From the sequence record SRR31156797_4878: a stretch of 32,568 nt of DNA; one strand, given 5' to 3'. Below, piece after piece: positions 19,940-29,004 of this stretch. How positions within the stretch are numbered: the stretch's first letter is position 1; the number at the start of each line of letters is the position of its first letter. The translations under genes and the position numbers were made by a program. The notes beneath the pieces were generated by a model. That model made no database searches, had not been told where the DNA came from, and was given only the letters and a program-made list of their open reading frames with translations.

Positions 19940-20902
19940 ATGAAGACAAAAGTTTTATTATTTGCAATTTTAAGCCTAGTGGCTTTTACTGTTACAAGTT
20001 GTGGAGAAGATAAGGATAAGGACGATCCAAAAGTAACAGCAACAGGAATAACAATTGATCTGGAAACAGCCTCAGTTGAAGTTGAATCATCTATAGCATT
20101 AGAAGCCACCTTACAGCCTGAAGGTGCAAAAGGAGATATACAATGGAGTTCTTCAGACCCATCAGTAGCAGCAGTAAATAATGGCGTAGTTACAGGTTTA
20201 AAAAGAGGTGAAGCTACCATTGCTGCTTCATACGGTGCTTTCTCTGCAGCTTGTGAGGTAGAAGTAACGCCTAAAATTGGTGAATTACATGAATCTCTTA
20301 AAGGTTCTAACTATTCCATTATTCAAATTGATGAAACATCTTATTATGCAATTCAGGATAAAGTAATTAATGATTTGCGTCCGGATGATACCAATAAATT
20401 TCTTTATATCTGGGATGGTACTTTAACTGGAGGAACACCTACAGGTTTAAATTTTTATGGACAATCAGAAGGATGGCCAACGTTTATTGTGGGGACTGCA
20501 GGCTGGTCTGGAGCTGGTTATACAGTTGGAGCTGAAAGTACTCCGGTTGATATGACAGATATGTACGAAAATCCGGATAATTATGTATTTCATATAGCAT
20601 TGAAAAGTACACAGGCTAGCAGTTCTTACTTATTTATTTTTCATGATGGTACTGCTGAAGCTAAAATTTGTATTGGATCAGTGGATTATGAAGATGGAGG
20701 TGTAATTTATGAAGCTTATGCTGATTTTGCCCGTGATGGAGAATGGCACGAAATTGAAATTCCGGCAAGTAAATTCAGGGAATTAGGCGTATTCTACAAT
20801 CAGCCATTTAATGATGTGAATGTATTGGCGTTCTTAGCAAGTGGAGTTACAGGAACTACATTGGATTACGATGCATGTTTCTTCTACAAAAAAGCAAATT
20901 AA
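19940..20902 (+). CDS. Surface lipoprotein with Big_2 Ig-like domain and CBM-like C-terminal domain (candidate surface glycan-binding protein)
   Basis: Lipobox VTSC followed by acidic GEDKDKDD; WSSSDPSVAAVNNGVVTGLKRGEATI (Big_2); aromatic-rich C-terminus with RDGEWHEIEIP; position directly after susD. Confidence 0.75.
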   Translation: MKTKVLLFAILSLVAFTVTSCGEDKDKDDPKVTATGITIDLETASVEVESSIALEATLQPEGAKGDIQWSSSDPSVAAVNNGVVTGLKRGEATIAASYGAFSAACEVEVTPKIGELHESLKGSNYSIIQIDETSYYAIQDKVINDLRPDDTNKFLYIWDGTLTGGTPTGLNFYGQSEGWPTFIVGTAGWSGAGYTVGAESTPVDMTDMYENPDNYVFHIALKSTQASSSYLFIFHDGTAEAKICIGSVDYEDGGVIYEAYADFARDGEWHEIEIPASKFRELGVFYNQPFNDVNVLAFLASGVTGTTLDYDACFFYKKAN

Positions 20903-20917
20903 TATAACAGTTGATTT

Positions 20918-20942
20918 TGGGAGGCTTTCGGGCCTTCCATTT
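20918..20942 (+). terminator. Stem-loop (terminator or mRNA-stabilising hairpin)
   Basis: tgggaggct-ttcg-ggccttcca followed by a short T-run. Confidence 0.55.
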
Positions 20943-21043
20943 CATCAATCATGCTTTGTTAACTAAATCTGCTCTATTTATAAATGCAAGTCATCAAAAA
21001 TAAGTGAAGTGACCTTTGCTTTTAGAATGTAAAAAAGAACAAA

Positions 21044-22093
21044 ATGAAAAATATCCTCATAGTATTAGCGGTTTTTATGCATGTAGCGCTTATTTCATGC
21101 ACAAAAGATAAAGAAAGTGAAGAATATGCACTAATACTTGATAAAAGTGAATTGGATTTAAGCATTGGAGAAAAAGGAACAATCACTGTGTTGGAAGCTC
21201 CAAATATCAACGAAGCTATTGTTTGGTCATCGGATGATGAAACGGTCGTAAAGGTATTTATGGGCACCGTAACAGCTTTGTCCGGAGGTAGTGCTACAGT
21301 AACAGCTACCATGGGAGAGTATTCTGCACAATGTGTGGTAAATATTCCGATACCTGAGTACGAGTTGGTATGGTCAGATGAGTTTGATGGTACTACATTA
21401 AATGCAGACAACTGGACTATTGAAGTGAATGGTAGTGGTGGAGGAAATCAGGAATTACAATATTATACAGATCGTCCGGAGAATGTCAGAGTTGAAGATG
21501 GCTTTTTGGTTCTGGAGGCTCGCAAAGAGGAATACTTGGGTAAGCAGTATACTTCGGGACGGATTATTTCTAAAAACAAGCAGGATTTTACTTACGGAAA
21601 AATGGAGGCCCGTTTAAAAGTACCCAGCGGCAGAGGCACATGGCCGGCATTTTGGATGTTAGGATATGGTTCATGGCCAAGGGCTGGAGAAATAGACATT
21701 ATGGAGCATGTGGGCTACGATCCTAAAACATTTCATTGTGCATTACATACCCAAAATAAAAATGGTATGAATGGGAAAAATGTACATGCAGAGCAAACGT
21801 TGGATACAAATGTGGCTGATGAATTCCACATATTAACAATGGAGTGGGTACAAAACGAGTTTATGGGATATGATCGTATTCATATTTATGTAGATGGAGT
21901 TAAAACAACCACTTTTGCAGAAACCCTACAATTACAAAATAGTGGCGATTGGCCTTTTAACGATCGTTTTTATTTTATTCTTAACCTTGCAATTGGCGGC
22001 ACATGGGGTGGTTCTCAGGGAGTGGATGACAGTATGTTTGACGAACCTGTTCTGTATAAAATTGACTACGTTAAAGTTTATCAGCAAAAATAA
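21044..22093 (+). CDS. Big_2-GH16 endo-beta-1,3-glucanase lipoprotein
   Basis: Lipobox LISC plus acidic patch; WSSDDETVV Ig-like domain; LVWSDEF, GGGNQELQYY, WPAFWML and catalytic EIDIME. Confidence 0.93.
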   Translation: MKNILIVLAVFMHVALISCTKDKESEEYALILDKSELDLSIGEKGTITVLEAPNINEAIVWSSDDETVVKVFMGTVTALSGGSATVTATMGEYSAQCVVNIPIPEYELVWSDEFDGTTLNADNWTIEVNGSGGGNQELQYYTDRPENVRVEDGFLVLEARKEEYLGKQYTSGRIISKNKQDFTYGKMEARLKVPSGRGTWPAFWMLGYGSWPRAGEIDIMEHVGYDPKTFHCALHTQNKNGMNGKNVHAEQTLDTNVADEFHILTMEWVQNEFMGYDRIHIYVDGVKTTTFAETLQLQNSGDWPFNDRFYFILNLAIGGTWGGSQGVDDSMFDEPVLYKIDYVKVYQQK

Positions 22094-22098
22094 GAACC

Positions 22099-23382
22099 AT
22101 GAAAAAACTATCTCTATACATTGGAATTATTCTTGTTTTATTTGCCTCTTGCCAAAAGGATGAGGAAGTTCCATATGTACCTAAAAATCCGGTTCAGCAA
22201 TCTAAAAGTTTAAAAAGAGGGGTTTCATTTAGTTATCAATTTGTTGAGGATGTTACGACTTTAGCTCCGGGTATATCCTGGTCGTATAACTGGTCGCTAA
22301 CGCAAAGTAGCATATTTGATGAAGCTACAACAGAGCAACAAATTGATTTTTGTCCCATGGCCTGGAACGGTGTTAACGAAAATTCTATCAGGGAATATGT
22401 AACCAGACATCCGGAATGTGAATTTATTTTGGCTTTTAATGAACCCAATTTAACCGATCAGGCGAATATGACGCCTCAGCAGGCAGCTGATAAATGGCCT
22501 GCACTAAAAAGCATTGCTGATGAATTAGGCTTAAAAATTATTTCGCCTGCCATGAACTACGGAACGCTACAGGGCTACTCGGATCCTATTGTTTGGCTGG
22601 ATGAATTCTTTAAATTGGTTCCTATAAGTGATATAGATGGAATCTCAGTTCATTGTTATATGCCAAGTGCGACTGCGCTTAAATCATATATCGAAAGATT
22701 CAAAAAATACAATAAACCAGTTTGGTTAACTGAGTTTTGTGCCTGGGAGGGAAATATAACTAAGGATAGCCAGAAACAGTTTATGTCTGATGTGATTAAT
22801 TATTTAGAGAGCTGCTCTTTGGTTGAACGCTATGCCTGGTTTATTCCGCGTACTGGAGGTGGACCTGATAGTTTTCCATATATGTCTTTACTAAAAAATG
22901 CATACCCCGTAGAAATAAGTGATTTGGGAATGATCTACACCCAAATGTCGTCGCAGGATAAAAGCATATATTATGTAGAACAACAGCAAATTGAAGCAGA
23001 GCATTATTCTTCGATAAGTATAGCGGAAAGTGCCAATCAGACAGGGTGGACAAACGGACCCAAAGCGAAGGTAACCACAGATGCGCCTAACGAAAGTCTG
23101 GAATTATATAATTGGTTTGTTGGTCAGTGGGTGGAATATCAGATAGAACCTGACAGAAAAAAAGAGTTTACGCTGGAAATGCGCTATGCAACTTTTATTG
23201 ATGCAGAAATAGAAGTGAGTAGTGATGGTGAGCTTTTGAAAACTATTGTTCTTGAGAGCACAGGACAAAACTTTGTTTGGAATACGGTAGCAATCAAATT
23301 GCCACTAAAACAAGGTCAGCAAACCCTGCGATTTAAGTTGATAGATGGAACCTGTAGTATGAACTGGTTCAAATACTATTAA
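22099..23382 (+). CDS. GH128 beta-1,3-glucanase with C-terminal CBM6/35-like module, lipoprotein (copy 1)
   Basis: KRG, SWSYNW, FCPMAW, FNEPN (acid/base), HCY, WLTEF (nucleophile) and VERYAWF; C-terminal IEAEHY...WVEY...NWFKY; lipobox FASC. Confidence 0.88.
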   Translation: MKKLSLYIGIILVLFASCQKDEEVPYVPKNPVQQSKSLKRGVSFSYQFVEDVTTLAPGISWSYNWSLTQSSIFDEATTEQQIDFCPMAWNGVNENSIREYVTRHPECEFILAFNEPNLTDQANMTPQQAADKWPALKSIADELGLKIISPAMNYGTLQGYSDPIVWLDEFFKLVPISDIDGISVHCYMPSATALKSYIERFKKYNKPVWLTEFCAWEGNITKDSQKQFMSDVINYLESCSLVERYAWFIPRTGGGPDSFPYMSLLKNAYPVEISDLGMIYTQMSSQDKSIYYVEQQQIEAEHYSSISIAESANQTGWTNGPKAKVTTDAPNESLELYNWFVGQWVEYQIEPDRKKEFTLEMRYATFIDAEIEVSSDGELLKTIVLESTGQNFVWNTVAIKLPLKQGQQTLRFKLIDGTCSMNWFKYY

Positions 23383-23454
23383 AACATTATTCGAACACAT
23401 GAAATGATAAGTATTGAAATAATTGATTGGTTAACGATTTTTGAATAAGTCTTC

Positions 23455-23495
23455 TAAATCAGTCTGTTGTCTGGATACTTTAATCTTGATACTAA
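23455..23495 (+). repeat. 41-bp leader repeat, copy 2 (upstream of second GH128)
   Basis: taaatcagtctgttgtctggatactttaatcttgatactaa; see 18268-18308. Confidence 0.85.
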
Positions 23496-23508
23496 TTTTT
23501 TTATACAC

Positions 23509-24813
23509 ATGAAATACTTACAGATAATCTGGGTGTTTATGGCTTTTGCTTGCCTTTTTTATTCCTGCGACGACAGTGGGAATGAAAAGGAATTCACGGA
23601 AAAAACACAGGTGTATCAGCAAAAAAGCTTAAAACGAGGCGTTTCTTTCGGGTTCTCATTTACCGAGGATGTAAGTGTTTTAGGTAATGCTATTTCGTGG
23701 TATTACAATTGGAGCCCAACTCAGGCTACCAAATATGATGAACTATTGAAAGAAATGCAGCTGGATTTCTGTCCAATGGCCTGGAATGGTATTGATAAGA
23801 ATGCTTTAAGAGAATACAAAGAGCGCCATCCGGAATGTAAGTATTTATTGACCTTTAACGAACCGAATTTAAAAGATCAGGCAAATATGACACCGCAGCA
23901 AGCGGCTCAAAAATGGCCAGAAATCAAATCAATAGCCAAAGAGTTGGGATTAAAATTAATATCGCCGGCTATGAACTTCGGAACCTTGGAAGGATATGGC
24001 GATCCTTTGGTTTGGCTGGATGAGTTTTTTGAATTAGTACCCTTAAGTGATGTCGACGGAATTTCAATTCATTGCTATATGGCGCATCCTGCTGCTTTAA
24101 AATGGTATGTAGAGAGATTTAGAAAATATAATAAACCGTTATGGCTAACCGAATTTTGTGCCTGGGATGGTTTAGATGAAAAAACATATACACCAGAAGG
24201 GCAGGAACAATTCATGTCGGATGCTATTAATTATCTTGAATGCGAGCCGCTTATTTATCGCTATGCTTGGTTTATTCCTCGCGGTGGAAAAAAAGAGAAT
24301 CATTTTCCATATAATTTCCTGTTGAAGAACTCATCTTGTTTTGAGTTAACCTCTTTAGGAGAGGTGTTTACAAAGATGTCTACTTTGGATACGACAACTT
24401 TTTATGGGAGTCATCAGACTATAGAAGCGGAGAATTATAGTTCCATCAGTTTTGCGGAAGGTATCGGAACACCTAAATGGGTGAATGGTCCACGAGTGAG
24501 ACTATGCAATGATACCAATGATAACTCGCTTGAGCTTTATGATTTTTTCGAGGATCAATGGGTGGAATACCAACTTCAAATAGATGAAAATAAAAAGTAT
24601 ACACTGGAATTGAGGTTTGCATCAGAAAACGAGGTGGTTGTGCAAGTGGCGATAGATAATAAGTTGCATACAACTTATACGCTTGATGCCACCGGAAGTA
24701 ATGATAAGTGGCGAACAGAAAAGCTTCCTCTTAAGCTCGAAAGAGGAAGACATACTATCAGACTCACGAATGATACCGGAGCTTTAAAATTAAACTGGTT
24801 CAAATTTTACTAA
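23509..24813 (+). CDS. GH128 beta-1,3-glucanase with CBM6/35-like module, lipoprotein (copy 2)
   Basis: Same motifs (SWYYNW, FNEPN, WLTEF, YRYAWF, IEAENY); ATG 23509 gives a signal ending in FYSC. Confidence 0.88.
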   Translation: MKYLQIIWVFMAFACLFYSCDDSGNEKEFTEKTQVYQQKSLKRGVSFGFSFTEDVSVLGNAISWYYNWSPTQATKYDELLKEMQLDFCPMAWNGIDKNALREYKERHPECKYLLTFNEPNLKDQANMTPQQAAQKWPEIKSIAKELGLKLISPAMNFGTLEGYGDPLVWLDEFFELVPLSDVDGISIHCYMAHPAALKWYVERFRKYNKPLWLTEFCAWDGLDEKTYTPEGQEQFMSDAINYLECEPLIYRYAWFIPRGGKKENHFPYNFLLKNSSCFELTSLGEVFTKMSTLDTTTFYGSHQTIEAENYSSISFAEGIGTPKWVNGPRVRLCNDTNDNSLELYDFFEDQWVEYQLQIDENKKYTLELRFASENEVVVQVAIDNKLHTTYTLDATGSNDKWRTEKLPLKLERGRHTIRLTNDTGALKLNWFKFY

Positions 24814-24846
24814 AGGCTTAATTGTTAATCTTTAAAATAAATTAAA

Positions 24847-26268
24847 ATGAAAAAAATTACTTTTTTAATGGCTGCTTTATTGGTGGCAGTAAGTAGTATT
24901 TATGCACAAAATCTGGCAATAGGAAAAACAACAACCGCATCTACCGAAATTCAGGTAGCTAGTAATGCTGTTGATGGCGATCCGGACGGTCGTAGCCGTT
25001 GGGAATCTGCTTCTGAAGATCCTCAATGGATTACCATTGATTTAGAAGAGTCTACAGCTATTGGCAGAGTAGTGTTAGACTGGGAAGGAGCTTACGGAAA
25101 AGAATATAAAATTCAGGTTTCCGAAAACAATGCGGATTGGACAGACATTTATACTGAAACAAATTCTGACGGAGGAATTGATGATATTACTTTAAGTGGA
25201 ACAGGTCGCTATATTCGTATGTATGGTACTGTACGCGGAACTCCATGGGGATATAGTTTATATGAGTTTGAAGTGTATGCTCCTATTGCTACTGAAAAAG
25301 ATGCTTCATTGGATGATATCATGATTGATGGTGTTTCTGTGGAAGGTTTTGCATCAGGAATTACAAGCTATAGCTATGGCTTACTTCAAGGTACAACTAC
25401 AGTTCCAGAAGTTACCGTTTCCACTTCAAATGAAAGCGCTAATGCTGTAGTTACAGAAGCTAATACTATTCCATGCACAACGACTATTGAAGTAACATCT
25501 TCTGATTTGTCTACCACAGCAACCTATACATTACAGTTTATTATTGATACACCATCAAGTGCTGCTCCAACTCCAGCACAAAATGAAGCAAATGTGATTT
25601 CAGTATATAGCGATAATTATTCTAATAACTTAATGCTGAATTCAAATCCATATTGGGGGCAAACGACTGTGGTAACAGAAGAGGATTTGGAGTCTGATTA
25701 TGCCCTTAAGTATGCCGAATTAAACTATCAGGGAATGGAATATACTTCTACGGATGTATCTGGAATGGAGTATGTTCATTTAGACTATTTTACCGGAGAT
25801 GCAACAGAGTTTCAGTTTGCCGTAATTAGCGAAGGTCCTTTGGAAAATGCTTATGATATTGCAGCAAATGAGGGAATTGTAACAGGTCAATGGGTTTCTT
25901 TAAATATTCCGTTAACAGAATATACTACTCCTGATTTAACTAAAGCTTTCCAATTTAAAACAGTAGGAAATGGAACGATTTATTTAGATAATTTATATTT
26001 CTGGAAAGGAACGACGACTGCAGTGTCTGATTTGGATGGCGAGGCTTTAAGTATTGCGCCCAATCCTGTAATGAGCATTCTTGAAATAAAAGGAGCATCT
26101 ACAATCGATAAAATAGAAATGTTTGATTTATCTGGGAAAATTGTGATGGCAGAATTTCCTGCCAATGCATTTTCAAAGTTGGATGTAAGTAGTTTGGCTA
26201 AGGGCATATATGTAGCCAAAATTACAATGGGCGGAGTTGTTAAAACCCAAAAGATTATCAAACAATAG
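24847..26268 (+). CDS. T9SS-secreted multi-module carbohydrate-binding protein (CBM32/F5-8C + Ig/cadherin-like + CBM-like + CTD)
   Basis: Signal peptide; NAVDGD...SRWES...QWITIDL...GRYIRMYG...YSLYEFEVY (CBM32); C-terminal IAPNPV...DLSGK...LAKGIYVAKI...TQKIIKQ (T9SS type A sorting domain). Confidence 0.85.
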   Translation: MKKITFLMAALLVAVSSIYAQNLAIGKTTTASTEIQVASNAVDGDPDGRSRWESASEDPQWITIDLEESTAIGRVVLDWEGAYGKEYKIQVSENNADWTDIYTETNSDGGIDDITLSGTGRYIRMYGTVRGTPWGYSLYEFEVYAPIATEKDASLDDIMIDGVSVEGFASGITSYSYGLLQGTTTVPEVTVSTSNESANAVVTEANTIPCTTTIEVTSSDLSTTATYTLQFIIDTPSSAAPTPAQNEANVISVYSDNYSNNLMLNSNPYWGQTTVVTEEDLESDYALKYAELNYQGMEYTSTDVSGMEYVHLDYFTGDATEFQFAVISEGPLENAYDIAANEGIVTGQWVSLNIPLTEYTTPDLTKAFQFKTVGNGTIYLDNLYFWKGTTTAVSDLDGEALSIAPNPVMSILEIKGASTIDKIEMFDLSGKIVMAEFPANAFSKLDVSSLAKGIYVAKITMGGVVKTQKIIKQ

Positions 26269-26316
26269 CTGCTGGCTTTATTGTTTTCCTTCTTATTCGA
26301 TGGACTTAACAACTTT

Positions 26317-26348
26317 AAGGCTGTTCGTTATTAAATGAACAGCCTTTT
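26317..26348 (+). terminator. Intrinsic terminator-like hairpin
   Basis: aaggctgttcgtt-atta-aatgaacagcctttt. Confidence 0.7.
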
Positions 26349-26389
26349 GCTCAAATGTAAATACAATTTTAATACATAAATAACAACAC

Positions 26390-27871
26390 ATGAAGGCAAT
26401 AGGGTATACGATGCTGGGTGTCGTACTTTCGCTTTGGAGCTGTAATAAAAGCAGTTTACAGGTGGAAATTTACGAAACATCAGCAGGTGGAAATAAGCTG
26501 GAAAAGGTAAGTGATTTTCAGCAGGCAGAAGAGACGGTTTCAGTAACAGTTCTTCCCGAACAAAAATTTCAAACCATAACTGGTTTTGGTGGCTCCTTTA
26601 CAGAAGCTTCCGCTTATCTGTTAAACCAATTGAGCAAGGAAAAAAGACAAGAGGTACTGAATGCTTATTTTAGCAATGAGGGTGCAGCTTATTCTTTGAC
26701 CAGAACACATATTAATTCCTGTGACTTTTCTTTGGGTAACTATTCATATGCTCCAGTTGAAGGAGATACTTTATTAAATCACTTTTCTATTCAGGAAGAT
26801 AAAGATGATATTATTCCAATGATAAAGGAAGCCATGGCCATTTCAACAGATGGGTTTAAAATTTTGGCTTCGCCCTGGACAGCTCCTCCCTGGATGAAAG
26901 ATAATAAAGACTGGCGAGGAGGACATTTGCTTCCTGAGTATTATGAAACGTGGGCTTTATTCTTTTCAAAATATATAGAAGCTTATAAAAACCAAGGGAT
27001 TGATATTTGGGGTGTAACCGTAGAAAATGAGCCTTTAGGCAATAACTACAATTGGGAAAGCATGCATTTTTCACCCGAAGAAATGGTCAACTTTGTGCAG
27101 CATTTTATGGGGCCAAAGTTAGAAGCTGATTTTCCTATGGTTAAAATTTTAGGATATGACCAGAACCGTGGAGAAGAGCTGATTGATTGGGCAAAGAAAA
27201 TGTACAAGGATGAAGCTTCTTCAAAGTATTTTGATGGAATGGCTATTCATTGGTACGCCAGTACTTACGATGTGTTTGCTGAATCTTTAAAGTTTACACA
27301 TGAAGCTGCTCCAGATAAACATATCATTCAATCGGAAGCTTGTGTGGATGCGGAAATTCCGCATTGGCAGGATGATGCCTGGTATTGGTCGAAGGAGGCT
27401 ACTGATTGGGGATGGGACTGGGCTCCTGAGGATCAAAAATATTTACATCCAAAGTATGTTCCGGTATATCGTTACGCCAGAGATATTATTGGTTGTTTAA
27501 ATAATCATGTAGATGGTTGGATTGATTGGAATATGGTGTTGGATAAACAAGGTGGTCCTAACTGGTTTAAAAATTGGTGTTTGGCATCGGTAATTGTGGA
27601 TGAAAAATCGGATGAAGTGTATTACACGCCAATATATTATGCCTTGTCGCATTTTAGTAAGTTTATTCGTGCGGGAGCAAAGCGTATCGGTTTTGAGACC
27701 AGTAAAACTAAGTTATTGCTTACTGCAGCTCAAAATCCGGATAATTCAATTGTGGTGGTAGTACTAAATATGGAAGAAGAACCACAGCAAGTCAATCTAT
27801 TTGTAAAAGATCAAACAATAGATTTTTCAATAAATGCAAAAGCCATTCAAACGCTGACTATTAACCTGTAA
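26390..27871 (+). CDS. GH30 (GH30_1-like) glycosidase, probable beta-1,6-glucoside debranching enzyme; lipoprotein
   Basis: FQTITGFGGSFTEA, SCDFS, SPWTAPPWMK, ENEP (acid/base), HWY, SEAC (nucleophile) and WIDWNMVLDKQGGPNW; lipobox LWSC. Specificity inferred from PUL context. Confidence 0.88.
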   Translation: MKAIGYTMLGVVLSLWSCNKSSLQVEIYETSAGGNKLEKVSDFQQAEETVSVTVLPEQKFQTITGFGGSFTEASAYLLNQLSKEKRQEVLNAYFSNEGAAYSLTRTHINSCDFSLGNYSYAPVEGDTLLNHFSIQEDKDDIIPMIKEAMAISTDGFKILASPWTAPPWMKDNKDWRGGHLLPEYYETWALFFSKYIEAYKNQGIDIWGVTVENEPLGNNYNWESMHFSPEEMVNFVQHFMGPKLEADFPMVKILGYDQNRGEELIDWAKKMYKDEASSKYFDGMAIHWYASTYDVFAESLKFTHEAAPDKHIIQSEACVDAEIPHWQDDAWYWSKEATDWGWDWAPEDQKYLHPKYVPVYRYARDIIGCLNNHVDGWIDWNMVLDKQGGPNWFKNWCLASVIVDEKSDEVYYTPIYYALSHFSKFIRAGAKRIGFETSKTKLLLTAAQNPDNSIVVVVLNMEEEPQQVNLFVKDQTIDFSINAKAIQTLTINL

Positions 27872-27918
27872 TTTTAAGTTTTATTGGTAATACCATAGTT
27901 GATTGTTGTACTATGCAG

Positions 27919-27952
27919 AAAAGGAACACTTGCTACGGGTGTTCCTTTTTTT
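27919..27952 (+). terminator. Intrinsic terminator closing the PUL
   Basis: aaaaggaacact-tgctacg-ggtgttcctttt plus T-run. Confidence 0.85.
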
Positions 27953-28077
27953 ATAGATCAGGTACATTTTTTCAAAATCCAAATTTGAGCTCATTATATC
28001 TTAGAGTTGACAATGTTTTGCGAAAAGTTTTATATTTTGAACCACTAATGATGAAGATATTTTACAATTCAAGTGCA

Positions 28078-29004
28078 ATGAAACTACGCCTGAGAATCCT
28101 CACTTTTATATTTTCAATTTTAATATTGGTTTTTATTTCTATTGGATATTTTGGCGCTCGGTTAATTATTAAAATAGATAAAGAGAACAGTTATTACCAA
28201 TCATATCAAAGTCAACAATGGTTTGAGCAAAAAAATCTACAATCCGAAAATATTATTTATACCTCTAACGACGGCTTGAAATTAAAAGCTATTCTTATTA
28301 AAACAGATTCACTTGAAGCAAAAGGGACTATAATTCTTATGCATGGAATACGATCGGGTAAAGAAAGGTATTTAGAAGTAAGTAAGAAGCTAGCTGAAAA
28401 TGGATATAATGCAGTATTGGTTGACCTAAGAGCCCATGGAGAAAGTGAAGGTGAATATTGCACATTTGGATACTATGAAAAACAGGATGTTTCGGTATTG
28501 ATAGATACTTTATTGCGTAAAGGAGTAAATGAAAATATAGGTATCTGGGGACATTCCCTGGGTGCAGCTATTTCGTTGCAGGCCATGTCGCAGGATAAAA
28601 GAATTAAATACGGTGTTATTGAAAGTACTTTTTCAGATTTTAGAACCATAGTTCATGATTACTCAGAAAGAACCATAGGAACAAATATTCCTTGGTTAAA
28701 TAATTACTCCATATGGTGGGCTGAGTTTTTAGGTGATTTCTCGGCAGATAAGATTATTCCTTCCGAATCAGTCAAAAATATTACGCAACCTGTATTGATG
28801 GTGCATGGTACTGCTGATCATCATATTTCAATTCAATATGGGGAAGAAAATTTTAAGAATCTGGCTAGTTCGCTAAAGGAGTTTTATAAAATAGAAGGAG
28901 CCGGACATAATGGTATCTGGATTAAGGGAGGAGAAGCATATTTTAAAAAAGTATTCTCTTTTTTAGAATATAACAGCGTTAATTATTTAATATCTGCACT
29001 ATGA
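28078..29004 (+). CDS. Alpha/beta hydrolase with N-terminal membrane anchor
   Basis: MHG, DLRAHGESEG, nucleophile GHSLG, HGTAD and GAGHN triad motifs. Start at 28078 (or 28048/28051); the 27913 start runs through the terminator. Confidence 0.88.
   Translation: MKLRLRILTFIFSILILVFISIGYFGARLIIKIDKENSYYQSYQSQQWFEQKNLQSENIIYTSNDGLKLKAILIKTDSLEAKGTIILMHGIRSGKERYLEVSKKLAENGYNAVLVDLRAHGESEGEYCTFGYYEKQDVSVLIDTLLRKGVNENIGIWGHSLGAAISLQAMSQDKRIKYGVIESTFSDFRTIVHDYSERTIGTNIPWLNNYSIWWAEFLGDFSADKIIPSESVKNITQPVLMVHGTADHHISIQYGEENFKNLASSLKEFYKIEGAGHNGIWIKGGEAYFKKVFSFLEYNSVNYLISAL

Noticed and set aside
18268-23495. CRISPR repeat or IS terminal repeat interpretation of the 41-bp repeat
   Set aside because: Only two direct copies 5.2 kb apart; no spacers, cas genes or transposase.
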